64,000 nt of DNA from Planctomycetota bacterium (GCA_016192525.1 JACPTZ010000154.1:4290-68289), one strand, 5' to 3'. Counted from the first letter of the stretch, positions 41,707-51,351 are shown. Notes: generated by a model not told the origin, from the letters alone. Made by a program: numbers and translations.

Positions 41707-41920
41707 CCCGGATTATTCATGAACTTTCGCGCATATCCGGACGACGAAGCGGCTGGGCGGATCCCCGAGGCCCCGAGTAGGCCCCGCAGCACGTGCTGCG
41801 GGGCCGTAACGAGGGGCCGGCTCCCGGTGCAGGGCCATTCGCCTGTGCCGCCCCTCGTTACGCGGCCTGCGGCCGCTACTCGGGGCTACGGGGCTTTGTT
41901 TCACGAATAATCCGGGCTAG
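41703..41920. repeat. CTAG-bounded nested-palindrome element (MITE-like, 218 bp)
   Basis: ctagcccggattattcatgaa (41703-41723) and ttcacgaataatccgggctag (41900-41920), 20/21 matching. Nested stems ccccgagtagg/cctactcgggg-like, gccccgcagcacgtgctgcggggc and cgtaacgaggggc/gcccctcgttacg. The left CTAG contains the tauE stop codon. Confidence 0.75.
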
Positions 41921-41955
41921 ACGCCCGGCAGAGTGACAAGTTCCTTCGCCGTTCC

Positions 41956-42792
41956 CTACTTCCCGCCCTCCTCTTTCTTCTTCCCTCCGTCCTCATCGTT
42001 CATGTCCTCGTCGTCGCCTTCGTCCTCCTCTTCCTTTGGCATGCTGAAGAGAGAGTCGGAAACCTCGACATTGCCTTCCGCCTTCTTGATCTGAACATCA
42101 AGCACCTGCCCACCGGCCGATTGACGGACCTTCCAGGGCATCGTGATCTTCCCCCACGCCTCCCCCTCCAGCGCCTTGTACTCGAGGTACTCCGTCTCGA
42201 CCTCGATGGTGCCCTGCGGGCTCTCACTGGTGGACGTGGACGACACCGGGAGGAAGGTCTCCGCGTCGATCGTATGCGTACGGGGCTCGAGCCCCTCGAT
42301 CTCCAGTTCCAGGACATACACCTTGCGGTCGTCCACCATGTCCTCCCGCTTCAGCGTGACCTTCTTGTAGTGGTCCCGCCATTCGGCGTCGCTGTAGAAC
42401 CAGGCATCGTGCTTCGCCTCGGCGAGTTCCGTGTCCTCCTTCTCCCGGAGCCCCTGCATCGAGTCGCGGGCCCAGGCCACCTGGCCGTCGTACGCCTGCT
42501 CCTGCTTGATCATGTTCGGTATCTCAAGCACGGTGTGCGACTTGTTCGGCGCCTTTCCGGTCGCGACGACGGTCGCCTTCATCCCCTGGGCGACGAAGTT
42601 GACCTCCAACTCGTACCGGTACGAGGTTAGCCCCTTGTATTTGTCCCCCCACTGGGCCTTGGCCGACCGGTCCATGATCTCTTCGGCCGTCAGCGACTTC
42701 GTCTCCTGGGCGCGGAGGAGCAGTCCCCCCGCCATCACGATCGCAAGCGCGGACCCGACCATCCCCTTAACGACTCCCGAGTGGCGATTCAT
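41956..42792 (-). CDS. LolA-like / outer-membrane lipoprotein-sorting-fold protein with acidic C-terminal tail
   Basis: N-terminal signal/TM. The AEEIMDRSAKAQ...YRYELEV...KVYVLELE pattern is typical of LolA-like (DUF4367-type) proteins. The tail is EEEDEGDDEDMNDEDGGKKKEEGGK. Confidence 0.45.
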   Translation of the reverse strand: MNRHSGVVKGMVGSALAIVMAGGLLLRAQETKSLTAEEIMDRSAKAQWGDKYKGLTSYRYELEVNFVAQGMKATVVATGKAPNKSHTVLEIPNMIKQEQAYDGQVAWARDSMQGLREKEDTELAEAKHDAWFYSDAEWRDHYKKVTLKREDMVDDRKVYVLELEIEGLEPRTHTIDAETFLPVSSTSTSESPQGTIEVETEYLEYKALEGEAWGKITMPWKVRQSAGGQVLDVQIKKAEGNVEVSDSLFSMPKEEEDEGDDEDMNDEDGGKKKEEGGK

Positions 42793-42814
42793 CGAGCGAC
42801 TCCTTCCTTGTCAG

Positions 42815-44239
42815 TTAATGGTCCCGAATCCACTTCATCGCGGCGTCCAGGATCGGATCCCGTCCCGCGGCGCAGTCCTTGATCGTCCACCACACCTCCT
42901 CGTCCGGCGCGACCCCCTTCCCCTCGAGCCGCACGCCCTTCGGCGTGACGAAATCAGCGGTGGGATACTGGAGCAGCCCGCCGTCCGGGAGTTTCACCAC
43001 GACCGAGGGCAGCACGGCCCCGGAGGTCCGGTGCCCGAAGACGCGCGCCCGCCCCGCCTCCTGGAGGCCGCCGGCGACGATCTCCGAGGTGCTCGCGGAC
43101 ATCTCATCGATCAGGATCGCCACCTTCCCGGTGAAGGGCTTCGGTCGCGGGAACACCGGAAAGCGGATCTCGCCGGTTTTCATCCGGCTCGTCCCGAGTT
43201 CGATCCGCTCCCGGATGAGATAGCCGCAGACCCCTCCCGCGATGAGTCCGAGCCCGCCGGGATTGCCGCGGAGATCCAGAACGAGGGCTTTCGCGTCCCG
43301 GTGCTCCTTCATCGCCTTCTGGTACTTCTCGAACACGGGTGTGAAAAAGGAGCCGAGCCGGATGTAGCCGATCTCGCCCGCGAGACGGCGCGACTCGAAC
43401 CTCGCGGGGATCGGACCGAGGTGGCCCAGACTCGCCGAGGCCATGAGCGACCGCCCCACCTTTACCTCGCGCGGCGTCGCCTCCGGCCCGTCCGAGACGG
43501 TCAGAAGGACTCCATCCCCGAGAGGACCGAAGATCCCGCGCTGGGCTCCGAACGACCACTCCACGAGTTCGTGCTCCCGGTTCGAGGCCGGCGGCGCGGT
43601 CACCGGCTGCCCGTTCACGCCCCGGAGGATGAAGCCGGGCTTCACACCGGCCCTGGCCGCGGGGGAATCAGGCGCCACGCTCACGATGCAGGCCACTCCC
43701 TCAACGGCACGGACCTCGATCCCCGGATCGCCGATCTCGCCCGATTCCGCCGCGGCGGATTCCCCCGGTGCCGTCGCCGCGGCCGACGTCCCGGCGGCCG
43801 CGGGTTTCGCCGCCGCCTCGGCGACGGGAGCGGGAGGCATGGCGGCGCAGTGCGACTGGCCGAGTTCGCCGAGCATCAGGTTCAGGAGCTGGTACAGCTC
43901 GCCGGCGGACCCCGCCGCCGTTACGCGGGGCCGGTATTTCTCGCGGACCGCATTCCAGTCGACCCCGAGCGACTCCGGGCCGTAGTGCCCATCGCGGATG
44001 GTCTGCCAGACCGCCTCGAAGGTGCGGTTCCAGAGCGCGCGTCGCGCCGGATCGTCGGCCGCCGGGGCTTCCGATGTTTTTTTTGCGGGGGCCGCGGAGA
44101 TCCGGACTTCAGGGCCGCCGTGCGCGGCGCAGGTGGGCCCCTCCGGAACGGTGACTCTGAGCCGCCTCCCGGCGAGGGGGCAGCAGCCGGCGGCCGTGGC
44201 CAGAAGGAGGGCGAGGACAAGAAGTCGGTTCCGTTTCAT
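42815..44239 (-). CDS. S41 family C-terminal processing peptidase with PDZ-like insert
   Basis: LDLRGNPGGLG and ILIDEMSASTSEIVAGGLQ (catalytic Ser region), with a signal peptide. Confidence 0.8.
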   Translation of the reverse strand: MKRNRLLVLALLLATAAGCCPLAGRRLRVTVPEGPTCAAHGGPEVRISAAPAKKTSEAPAADDPARRALWNRTFEAVWQTIRDGHYGPESLGVDWNAVREKYRPRVTAAGSAGELYQLLNLMLGELGQSHCAAMPPAPVAEAAAKPAAAGTSAAATAPGESAAAESGEIGDPGIEVRAVEGVACIVSVAPDSPAARAGVKPGFILRGVNGQPVTAPPASNREHELVEWSFGAQRGIFGPLGDGVLLTVSDGPEATPREVKVGRSLMASASLGHLGPIPARFESRRLAGEIGYIRLGSFFTPVFEKYQKAMKEHRDAKALVLDLRGNPGGLGLIAGGVCGYLIRERIELGTSRMKTGEIRFPVFPRPKPFTGKVAILIDEMSASTSEIVAGGLQEAGRARVFGHRTSGAVLPSVVVKLPDGGLLQYPTADFVTPKGVRLEGKGVAPDEEVWWTIKDCAAGRDPILDAAMKWIRDH

Positions 44240-44306
44240 GGGGACATGCTAAGGTCCGGGGCGAGCGGTTGTCCAGAAATTCGGCGCTCCACGCCTCCAT
44301 TATCAT

Positions 44307-44326
44307 AATGATGCACCTGCATCATT
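44307..44326. promoter_or_regulatory. Perfect 9-2-9 palindrome (candidate operator) upstream of the HEAT-repeat gene
   Basis: aatgatgca-cc-tgcatcatt lies in an AT-rich patch 148 nt upstream of ATG 44474. A related site, tgaatgca-ct-tgcatctt, is at 15597-15614. Confidence 0.4.
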
Positions 44327-44473
44327 GTGTTAATTTGCCATTTGGCGATGAGGAGAGACCGACGGGATCGGGGAATCTTCGGGCCTGCGCCCACCCCTCA
44401 AACGCCCGGAGAAGCCCCGACGTACCAATCGGCACACCCGTCTTCGACGGGGACAGGAGGAGATCAACATCTC

Positions 44474-46231
44474 ATGAAACCGCTTGTGTGGCTTCTCGCC
44501 GGGATAGGGACGGCCGGGGCCGTCGCCGGGACCGTCGTGATCGTGCAGCATCGGCAGGCGCCGGAGAGCACGGGCCGCCATCTGCCCGTGCCCCCCGCCA
44601 GCCCGCCCGCGACCACCCCCGCCCCGTCGCCTCCGGCGCCGGAGAAGGTTGTCGTCGAACCGGTCGAGCCGATCGAAATCATCCGCCTCCCGCCGGTCGA
44701 TCCGGAGATCCAGAACCGGGTCGAGAAGGACGTGGAGAAGATCCTGGACGCCGAGAAGAAGGGAAATGCGGGGGAGGCGAAGAAGGCCAAGGACGACATC
44801 TTCAGCCTTGTGAAAGATGGTCTCAACGCCCTCGGCAATCTGGGCGCCGGCCGGGGGAACAACCGCAGCCCCGCGATGCGGCGTCGAAGCACGGAACTGC
44901 TGGGAGAGTCCGGATCGGAAGACGCGTTGCCGCCGCTCGAGGAGCTGGCGAAGCCGATGTTCCCGGAGGACGTGAACCGGGCGGCCGTGGACGCGATGGG
45001 CGACATCGGCGGCGGCGGCGGAGCGACCTCCCTTTCCAGTGTCGCCTCCTCGTCGAGCTCGACGCCGACCACGCAGCAGGCGGCCATCGCGGAACTCGGC
45101 GCCCTCCCCGCGGGCGAGGGCGTGGACGAACTCGCCGCCCTCCTCGCGGCGAATCCCGATGTCGCCAGCAACCCGGCCGCGGCGAACGCCCTCGCCCAGG
45201 CCGGAACCCCGGACGCCGCCCAGGCGCTCCTCAATCAGTACCTGGCCAGTCAGCCCGGTTCAGGGGGAACCCAGCCCACGCCGCAGCAACAGACGCTCCT
45301 CCAGGCGCTCGGGTCGCTCCCGCCCGAGCAGCTCGCGACGCTCCTCCCCGCCGCGGTCGCCGCCCAGAACAATCCCGCGGCGCAGCAGCAGCTCCTCTCC
45401 ACCCTGTCCCAGACCGACCCCGCCACCGCCGCCGCCATCGCCGGCCAGCTCTTCCCGCAACTGCAGGACCCTGCCGTCCGATCCGCCCTCGTGGAAGACC
45501 TCGCCCGGAACTCGTCTCCGGCCACCCAGGCCGCGCTTCTCGATCAGCTCTCGCGCGAGTCCGACCCGACCGTGCGGCAGGCCATCGCCTCGTCCCTCGC
45601 GACGGCCCCCACCCTGAGCGTCCCGGCCGCCGATCTCCGCCAGGCGCTCAATGAGGAGACCGACCCGGCCACGCGCGCCGCGCTCGGGACCGCGCTCGCC
45701 CGGTCGACGGCCAACACCGTCACGGGAGATGAACCCGCGGTGGACAACATCTTCGCCCAGGCGCGCGAACTCCTCTCCGCACCCGATCCGGCGGCCCAGA
45801 CCGATGCCATCGTCGGACTCGCCGACGCGCTTGCGGACGCCGGCGCCTCCTGGAGTCAGCGCCGGGAGTTTCTCGATCTGATTTCGCCGACCGACGACAC
45901 CGCCCGCGCGCAGACCCTCGCGGCCCTGACGCAGGACGGGACCATCACCTCTCAGGAGGCCCAGGACATCGCCGCCATCGCGGCCAATCCGGCGACGGGA
46001 CCGGCCACCTCCGCGGCCGCCGCGGAGGCGCTGAACCGCGCCGGGTCGGCCGTCGACTCGGGAACCCTGGTCGATGTTCTGGGATCGACGACTTCCCCGG
46101 TCGTCGCGGATGTGGTCGGCCAGCAGCTCGCCGGACGAACGCTGGATGAGGCGACGGAGGCGCGTCTCGAACAGGTGGCGGCGGGAAGCGGCCCCGGCGC
46201 CGAGGTGGCCCGGCAGATCCTCGGAGACTGA
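44474..46231 (+). CDS. HEAT/PBS-lyase-like repeat protein with N-terminal TM anchor
   Basis: MKPLVWLLAGIGTAGAVAGTVVIV TM. Many ~30-aa repeats of the type D..VR..A...L. ATG 44474 is preferred over the track start at 44327. Confidence 0.55.
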   Translation: MKPLVWLLAGIGTAGAVAGTVVIVQHRQAPESTGRHLPVPPASPPATTPAPSPPAPEKVVVEPVEPIEIIRLPPVDPEIQNRVEKDVEKILDAEKKGNAGEAKKAKDDIFSLVKDGLNALGNLGAGRGNNRSPAMRRRSTELLGESGSEDALPPLEELAKPMFPEDVNRAAVDAMGDIGGGGGATSLSSVASSSSSTPTTQQAAIAELGALPAGEGVDELAALLAANPDVASNPAAANALAQAGTPDAAQALLNQYLASQPGSGGTQPTPQQQTLLQALGSLPPEQLATLLPAAVAAQNNPAAQQQLLSTLSQTDPATAAAIAGQLFPQLQDPAVRSALVEDLARNSSPATQAALLDQLSRESDPTVRQAIASSLATAPTLSVPAADLRQALNEETDPATRAALGTALARSTANTVTGDEPAVDNIFAQARELLSAPDPAAQTDAIVGLADALADAGASWSQRREFLDLISPTDDTARAQTLAALTQDGTITSQEAQDIAAIAANPATGPATSAAAAEALNRAGSAVDSGTLVDVLGSTTSPVVADVVGQQLAGRTLDEATEARLEQVAAGSGPGAEVARQILGD

Positions 46232-46233
46232 GA

Positions 46234-46911
46234 CTACCTCACCTTCAGCAGCTCGACCTCGAAGATCAGCGTCGAGTTCGCGGGGATGGCGCCCGGGAAA
46301 CCCCGGGGGCCATAGCCCAGCTCGGGCGGGATGATCAGCTTGCGCTTCCCTCCGACTTTCATCGTGGCGACCCCCTCATCCCACCCCTTGATCACCCGCC
46401 CCATCCCGAGCGGGAAGGTGAACGGACGTCCCTTGTCCCTCGACGAATCGAACTTCGTCCCGTCGGTGAGCCATCCCGTGTAGTGGACCTCGACCGTATC
46501 ACCGCTCCGGGGAGCGGATCCGGTCCCTGCGCTCAGATCGATGTACTTGAGCCCGCTGGCGGTGGTCTCCACCTTGGCGTCGGCGGAAGCGGTGGGCCCG
46601 ACGGTGTTCCACGGCGGGGGAAGGGTGCCGCCAGCCGCTCCCGGGGAGGGCGGCACGGCGCCGCCCGGACTGGGCAGAGCGGGCTTGCGATTGGGTCCCA
46701 CGGCCAGATGGCCGGCCGTCTCTCCCTCCTCGGTCCCGGGGGCCTTGGCCTCGAGAGGCTGGGCCGAGCCCTCGGGTTCAGTGCGGGAGGCCGCCGACGC
46801 CCCCTTCCGATCCGCCGCGTCGGCCGGTGCGGTATCGGCCTTGTTCTTGTTGCAACCGCTCACCAGGAGGAACGCGAGCGGAACGACCGTCACGCACGTG
46901 CGGATGTTCAT
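46234..46911 (-). CDS. FKBP-type peptidyl-prolyl cis-trans isomerase, lipoprotein
   Basis: LLVSGC lipobox. [44 protein letters not shown]...LIFEVELL. Confidence 0.9.
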   Translation of the reverse strand: MNIRTCVTVVPLAFLLVSGCNKNKADTAPADAADRKGASAASRTEPEGSAQPLEAKAPGTEEGETAGHLAVGPNRKPALPSPGGAVPPSPGAAGGTLPPPWNTVGPTASADAKVETTASGLKYIDLSAGTGSAPRSGDTVEVHYTGWLTDGTKFDSSRDKGRPFTFPLGMGRVIKGWDEGVATMKVGGKRKLIIPPELGYGPRGFPGAIPANSTLIFEVELLKVR

Positions 46912-46962
46912 GGATGTCTCCCGGAGTCAGACCTGGGGATGGGACGCTTGAAGGCGGTGAGT

Positions 46963-47631
46963 CTACCTCACGGGGGCCTGAGAAATCGACAATTCGCAGT
47001 GCGCGTCGGGATCGAAGACCCGCTCGACCTCCATCGACCGCCTCAGGAGCGCGTGGTAGGCCCGTTTCGGAATCTCGATCGCGCCGAACGCCTCGAACAC
47101 GGGCGTCATCATCTGGATGTCGAGCAGGAGGTACCGTCCGGCCTTGAGGATCTCGAGCAGCCGCACGGCGGCCGCCTTGGAGGCATCCGGTTCGAGATGG
47201 AACATCGATTCCCCGAAGAAGCCTCCGCGCAGCGACACTCCATACAGCCCTCCGACGAGCCGGCCCGCCCGCCACGACTCTACGCTGTGGGCGAATCCCC
47301 GGCGATGGAGCCCGGTGTAGGCCCGGAGGACGAGGTCGTTGATCCAGGTGTCCTCGCGAAAGGCGCATCCGCGCATGACCTGTTCGAAGGCGGTATCGAT
47401 CCGGACCTCGAATCGCCTCCTCGCGATGACCTGACGCAGAGACCGGGAGAGGTGCGGGAAGTCTTCCGGCCGCTCGATCGGAAGGATGGCCCTCGGATTC
47501 GTCTCGCACCAGACGATGTGCCGGTTTCCCTGGCCCAGCGGGAAAATCCCGGCGGCATAGCCGGTCAGGACCTGGTCGGCGGTGAGGGTGCGGTGGAACC
47601 GGGAGACGGGGTACATGGCGATTCCCAGCAT
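46963..47631 (-). CDS. aat: Leucyl/phenylalanyl-tRNA--protein transferase
   Basis: AYAAGIFP-like GYAAGIFPLG, FEVRIDTAFEQVM, HSVESW and GGLYGVSLRGGFFGESMF. Start at ATG 47631 or 47616. Confidence 0.85.
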   Translation of the reverse strand: MLGIAMYPVSRFHRTLTADQVLTGYAAGIFPLGQGNRHIVWCETNPRAILPIERPEDFPHLSRSLRQVIARRRFEVRIDTAFEQVMRGCAFREDTWINDLVLRAYTGLHRRGFAHSVESWRAGRLVGGLYGVSLRGGFFGESMFHLEPDASKAAAVRLLEILKAGRYLLLDIQMMTPVFEAFGAIEIPKRAYHALLRRSMEVERVFDPDAHCELSISQAPVR

Positions 47632-47930
47632 CGCACGTCTCCCCCGCGTGCGCAAGAGGGGACTGCCCTCAAGTGCGCCCGGCCCTTCCGTGGTCCTGGC
47701 GAAGGAGCAGGGGCTCGGCCCGTCCCCGCCGGACTTCTGGTCACCCCCCCCAGCCCCGTTCCCCATCACCGCGCCGCCCTCCCCTCCATCGCCGCGCCTC
47801 ACTCCTTCGCCGCTGCAGTATACAAAATGAACGTGCACGTTGATTCTGTTGTCTCGCAGGCGGCGGAAAGAACTCTTTGGGTGACCGCGACGGTTTGATA
47901 CGATCCAGGGCCGAAACGTGGAGGCCGCGC

Positions 47931-48491
47931 ATGACGATCCGGGACCTGATCCAGTCCGCCGAACCCTACTCGCTGTGGATCGCGATCGGATTCGCGCTCC
48001 CGCCCGTCGTCGCCTTCCTCGCCGGGCTCCTCCACGGCGCGGGGAACGGCGGACGCCCCCCCTGGAAGTACCTGTACTCCCTGCTCGTCTACCTCGTCTG
48101 CTTCCCCGGCATCTGCTCGGCCGTTCTGACTGGCTACGGGCTCTTCTTCACGCGCGAAAACCTCCTCGATGTCAATATCGCGATCTACATCGCCCCCGTG
48201 ATCTCGATGGTCGTCACTCTCATCCTCATCCGGAAAAACGTCCCGTTCGACGAAGTGCCGGGATTCGACCGCCTCTCGGGTCTCATGGCGATGATCGCGA
48301 TGACGTTCGTCTTCGTGCTCGCCATCTCGAAGACGCATCTCGGGATCTTCTTCTTCGGCTCAACGGCCATGCTCATCGCCCTGGTGGTGGGACTATTCGC
48401 GGTCCTGAAGTGGGGAACCTACATGCTGTTCCGCGGAAAGGACGAGCCGAAGATCGAACCGCCGAAGATGCCGACGCTGCCGCCGCTCTAG
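47931..48491 (+). CDS. Integral membrane protein, function unknown
   Basis: Five to six hydrophobic helices (LWIAIGFALPPVVAFLAGLL, LLVYLVCFPGICSAVLTGYGLFF, and others). Start at ATG 47931. Confidence 0.55.
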   Translation: MTIRDLIQSAEPYSLWIAIGFALPPVVAFLAGLLHGAGNGGRPPWKYLYSLLVYLVCFPGICSAVLTGYGLFFTRENLLDVNIAIYIAPVISMVVTLILIRKNVPFDEVPGFDRLSGLMAMIAMTFVFVLAISKTHLGIFFFGSTAMLIALVVGLFAVLKWGTYMLFRGKDEPKIEPPKMPTLPPL

Positions 48492-48597
48492 GCTCTGTCT
48501 GAAATCGGGCGATCGGAACGGTGCGTTCGGTAGCACTGGCTTTCCAGCCTGTGCTGCCGGCTTCCTTCCACGTCCCGCGTTTTCAGACAGAGCCCAG
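48488..48597. repeat. CTAG-initiated palindromic element
   Basis: ctaggctctgtctgaaa (48488-48504) and tttcagacagagcccag (48581-48597). The left CTAG contains the stop codon of the upstream gene. Internal cggtagcactggctttccagcctgtgctgccg stem. Confidence 0.65.
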
Positions 48598-48620
48598 GTC
48601 TCACTTGCCGGGTTCGACAC

Positions 48621-49340
48621 ATGACGAACGCGAGGGGACATGCAGCGGTCGGGAACTTCCCCGGTAGCGTCTTCGTCAGAGCCGGCCTCATCCTGCTCGC
48701 CGCCGGGGTCCTGGCGGCGGACGACTCCCCCCCAGCCGTAGTTGTCCTCTCCCCCCCGGCCGGCCCGATGTCGATTCGAGAGTGGATGAAGGCCGGTCAG
48801 TGGGTCGAGAAACGCGGCCGCGCGGGGAATTTCAAGGTCGAAGAGGAGGCCCTCCACCTCGTGAGCGAGGATGACTCGGTCCTGATCGGGACCGGGAGAG
48901 GATTTCCGATCGATCCGTCGAAGACCTCCCTCCTGGCCTTCGAGTGCAAGGTGACGGTACTGCCGGGCGGTACCGACCTGACAAAGGCGGACTCGGACGA
49001 CTGCGCCTTCCGCGTGTACGTCGCCTTCGACCATGGGAGATCGCTCCTCGGCGTGCCGGACACGATCGCGTATGCCTGGAGCGAGAACGAGGCCGTGGAC
49101 TCCCTCGTCCAGAGCGAGCATTTCGACAATCTCAAGTACATCCCGGTGGTGCAGGGGAAGGCGAAGCTCGGGGAGTGGGTGACCGTCGAGCGGGATGTGG
49201 CGGCCGACTACGCGCGGGCCTTCGGAGTGGCGAGGGAGAGAGTCCCGCCGGTCGGAGGGATCGCGCTCAAGATCGATACGAACAACCTCAAGGGGAAGGC
49301 GGAATCATTCGTGCGGAGAGTGGAGTTCCGGGCGCGGTGA
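48621..49340 (+). CDS. DUF3047-like secreted protein
   Basis: Signal-like N-terminus. The pattern W...F......V..dG...L.......S.....L...DD..ARVYV.F......I.Y.W is recalled for DUF3047 (here DDCAFRVYVAFD...TIAYAWS). Confidence 0.5.
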   Translation: MTNARGHAAVGNFPGSVFVRAGLILLAAGVLAADDSPPAVVVLSPPAGPMSIREWMKAGQWVEKRGRAGNFKVEEEALHLVSEDDSVLIGTGRGFPIDPSKTSLLAFECKVTVLPGGTDLTKADSDDCAFRVYVAFDHGRSLLGVPDTIAYAWSENEAVDSLVQSEHFDNLKYIPVVQGKAKLGEWVTVERDVAADYARAFGVARERVPPVGGIALKIDTNNLKGKAESFVRRVEFRAR

Positions 49341-49342
49341 CT

Positions 49343-50326
49343 TCACGAGCCGCGCAGATCCTCCAGGGCGCCCTTCACGTATACCTTCGTCATCTCCTTG
49401 CGCCAGCGGGTGAGAAAGTCGGTATTGTCGACCGGTTTCGCCGGACCGTAGGCGAGATCCGACGCCCGGGCGACCGCGTCCGGCTCCAGCCGCGTCCCGA
49501 CGAGCGATTTCGCCGCCTCCGCCGCCTCGACCGGCGCCGGGGAGACCGCTCCGAGGAAGATCCGCGCCTCCTTCACCACCGGGCCGTCGAACGAGGCCCA
49601 GGCCCCTACCCCCAGCACCGGGAAGTCGAACGCCTCGCGGCGTCGGAGCTTCCGGTAGGTCGAACGCCACCCGTTCGTGGCCGGGAGAACGATCTCCGTC
49701 AGGAGTTCGTCCGGGCGCTTCGAGAGGAAGTGTATCCCGTCCCGCCGGTAGAGCTCGTGCGCCGCGATCTCGCGCTCCCCCGTGGCCGACACCAGATGCA
49801 ACCTCGCGCCGATGGCGCACAGGAGCGGCGCCGTATCGCTTGAAGAGACCGCGAGACAGACCTTGCTCCCGGGCGCCACCCAGCATGTGTCGCCGTCGCA
49901 TTTCATGCAGAAGTTGATGGCGCGGCGCCACTCGTAGTTCTGATCGTAGTAGTTGCACCGGGTGTCGAGGCAGATGTTCCCGCCGAGGGTCCCCATGTTG
50001 CGGAGGATCGGGGTGGAGATCGAGTGGACCGCCTTCCAAAGCCCGGGGTGCGCCGCCTTCACGGTCGCGTTCCGCTCCAGGGCCGTCAGCGTGGTCATCG
50101 GCCCGATCCGCAGCCCGCCCTCCGGCGTCCCGCTCACCCCGCGCATCCCCTCGACCCGCCGCAGCCCGATGAGCGTCTTCGGCGTCTGGTGCCGGCGCTT
50201 CATGTTGGGGTAGAGGTCGGTCCCGCCGGCGACGACGCTGGCGGTCGGCCCCGCGTCGGCGAGCATCTTCGCGGCGTCGTTGACGCTCCTCGGGGCGAGG
50301 TACTTGAATTTGGAGAGACGCATCAT
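49343..50326 (-). CDS. Molybdenum hydroxylase FAD-binding subunit (CoxM/XdhB-like)
   Basis: FKYLAPRSVNDAAKML...VVAGGTDLYPNMK FAD-binding pattern, and a CO-dehydrogenase flavoprotein C-terminal-like end. Start at ATGATG 50326. Confidence 0.85.
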   Translation of the reverse strand: MMRLSKFKYLAPRSVNDAAKMLADAGPTASVVAGGTDLYPNMKRRHQTPKTLIGLRRVEGMRGVSGTPEGGLRIGPMTTLTALERNATVKAAHPGLWKAVHSISTPILRNMGTLGGNICLDTRCNYYDQNYEWRRAINFCMKCDGDTCWVAPGSKVCLAVSSSDTAPLLCAIGARLHLVSATGEREIAAHELYRRDGIHFLSKRPDELLTEIVLPATNGWRSTYRKLRRREAFDFPVLGVGAWASFDGPVVKEARIFLGAVSPAPVEAAEAAKSLVGTRLEPDAVARASDLAYGPAKPVDNTDFLTRWRKEMTKVYVKGALEDLRGS

Positions 50327-50339
50327 GGCTGTCTTGTTC

Positions 50340-51212
50340 TCACCCGATCCGGCCATGAGCACGGAGGAGTTTTCTCAATTCGATCACGGCGTCCGACCGA
50401 GGAAACCTGGACCAGCGGTTCTCCCAGCAAACGACTCGGTCGAACGAATCCATCGGGTGATTCCAGCCCGAACTCGCGAGCTTGTACTTTAGCTCAACCC
50501 GGATCTCTCGCTGTTGGTCGTCATCCCAACAGACTCCGTCTATTCCCTTTCCACCGTTCAATTCAAGAATCTGCGAATGAATCGTTCGGTTCGCGCAGAG
50601 AATGGCAAAGAGCGCAACCACACCATTCTCGTCGTGAGGGGCATAGGGAAACCCGAGCCCGGGGAGGTTCGTTTGCTCCCACTTTTTTCGCTTCGAATGT
50701 GCGGGAATTGGTGGGATAGCACGAGGCATTCGCGGCGCCGGAGAATCAACGGCCAGTGCAGACGCTCTCTCGAGAACAGCGGTCTCTTCACCATCCGACT
50801 GACACGCTTCGGCATGGCGACCGAGCAACCCGGCTGGGATGACACCCTTCCTGGCCGCATCCTGATAGAACTTCCCCAAGGTTCCCCCCCATCTACGCGT
50901 GGGAAGTGCAAGGCCCCAGTCCCTGCGCTCGTGGCTCTTCGGCAGTCGCCCAAGGCTCTTGACGGCCGTGCTAAGCCTGTCGAAGTATTCCTGATCGGGG
51001 ACATGTGCTTTGGCCATGGGAGATGGGGAGTAGCCAACCTCGCCTGACAGCGCGATCCATTCGCCGTTGCGCAGGATATCAGGCTGAGAAAACGTACCCC
51101 CAGCCCTGCGGTACTCCGGGAAAGAGAAGGGATCGCCGTCCCGCTTCTGCAGCCGTCGCCCGGCCTTCTTGATGTCGGCCAGAATCTGATCTTTGTCCGA
51201 GGACATGAACAC
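50340..51212 (-). CDS. Protein with two homing-endonuclease-associated-type repeats and a C-terminal PD-(D/E)xK-like nuclease core
   Basis: Repeats ...FSFPEYRRAGGTFSQPDILRNGEWIALSGEVG and ...LGRLPKSHERRDWGLALPTRRWGGTLGKFYQDAARKG. C-terminal HDENGVVALF...GIDGVCW...IRVELKYK (E...D...ExK). The DNA is markedly AT-richer. Confidence 0.5.
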   Translation of the reverse strand: MFMSSDKDQILADIKKAGRRLQKRDGDPFSFPEYRRAGGTFSQPDILRNGEWIALSGEVGYSPSPMAKAHVPDQEYFDRLSTAVKSLGRLPKSHERRDWGLALPTRRWGGTLGKFYQDAARKGVIPAGLLGRHAEACQSDGEETAVLERASALAVDSPAPRMPRAIPPIPAHSKRKKWEQTNLPGLGFPYAPHDENGVVALFAILCANRTIHSQILELNGGKGIDGVCWDDDQQREIRVELKYKLASSGWNHPMDSFDRVVCWENRWSRFPRSDAVIELRKLLRAHGRIG

Positions 51213-51351
51213 GCCTCCGTCGATGGGGTGCTACGTCAAGAACGCCTCAGCGCATGATCTTCATCCAGGAGTTACACGATTCCGCGCGACACCTGCGGCG
51301 ATGAATCGCCGCACTACGAACGGCCCCGAAACGCGGTGTCGCCCCACGGCG

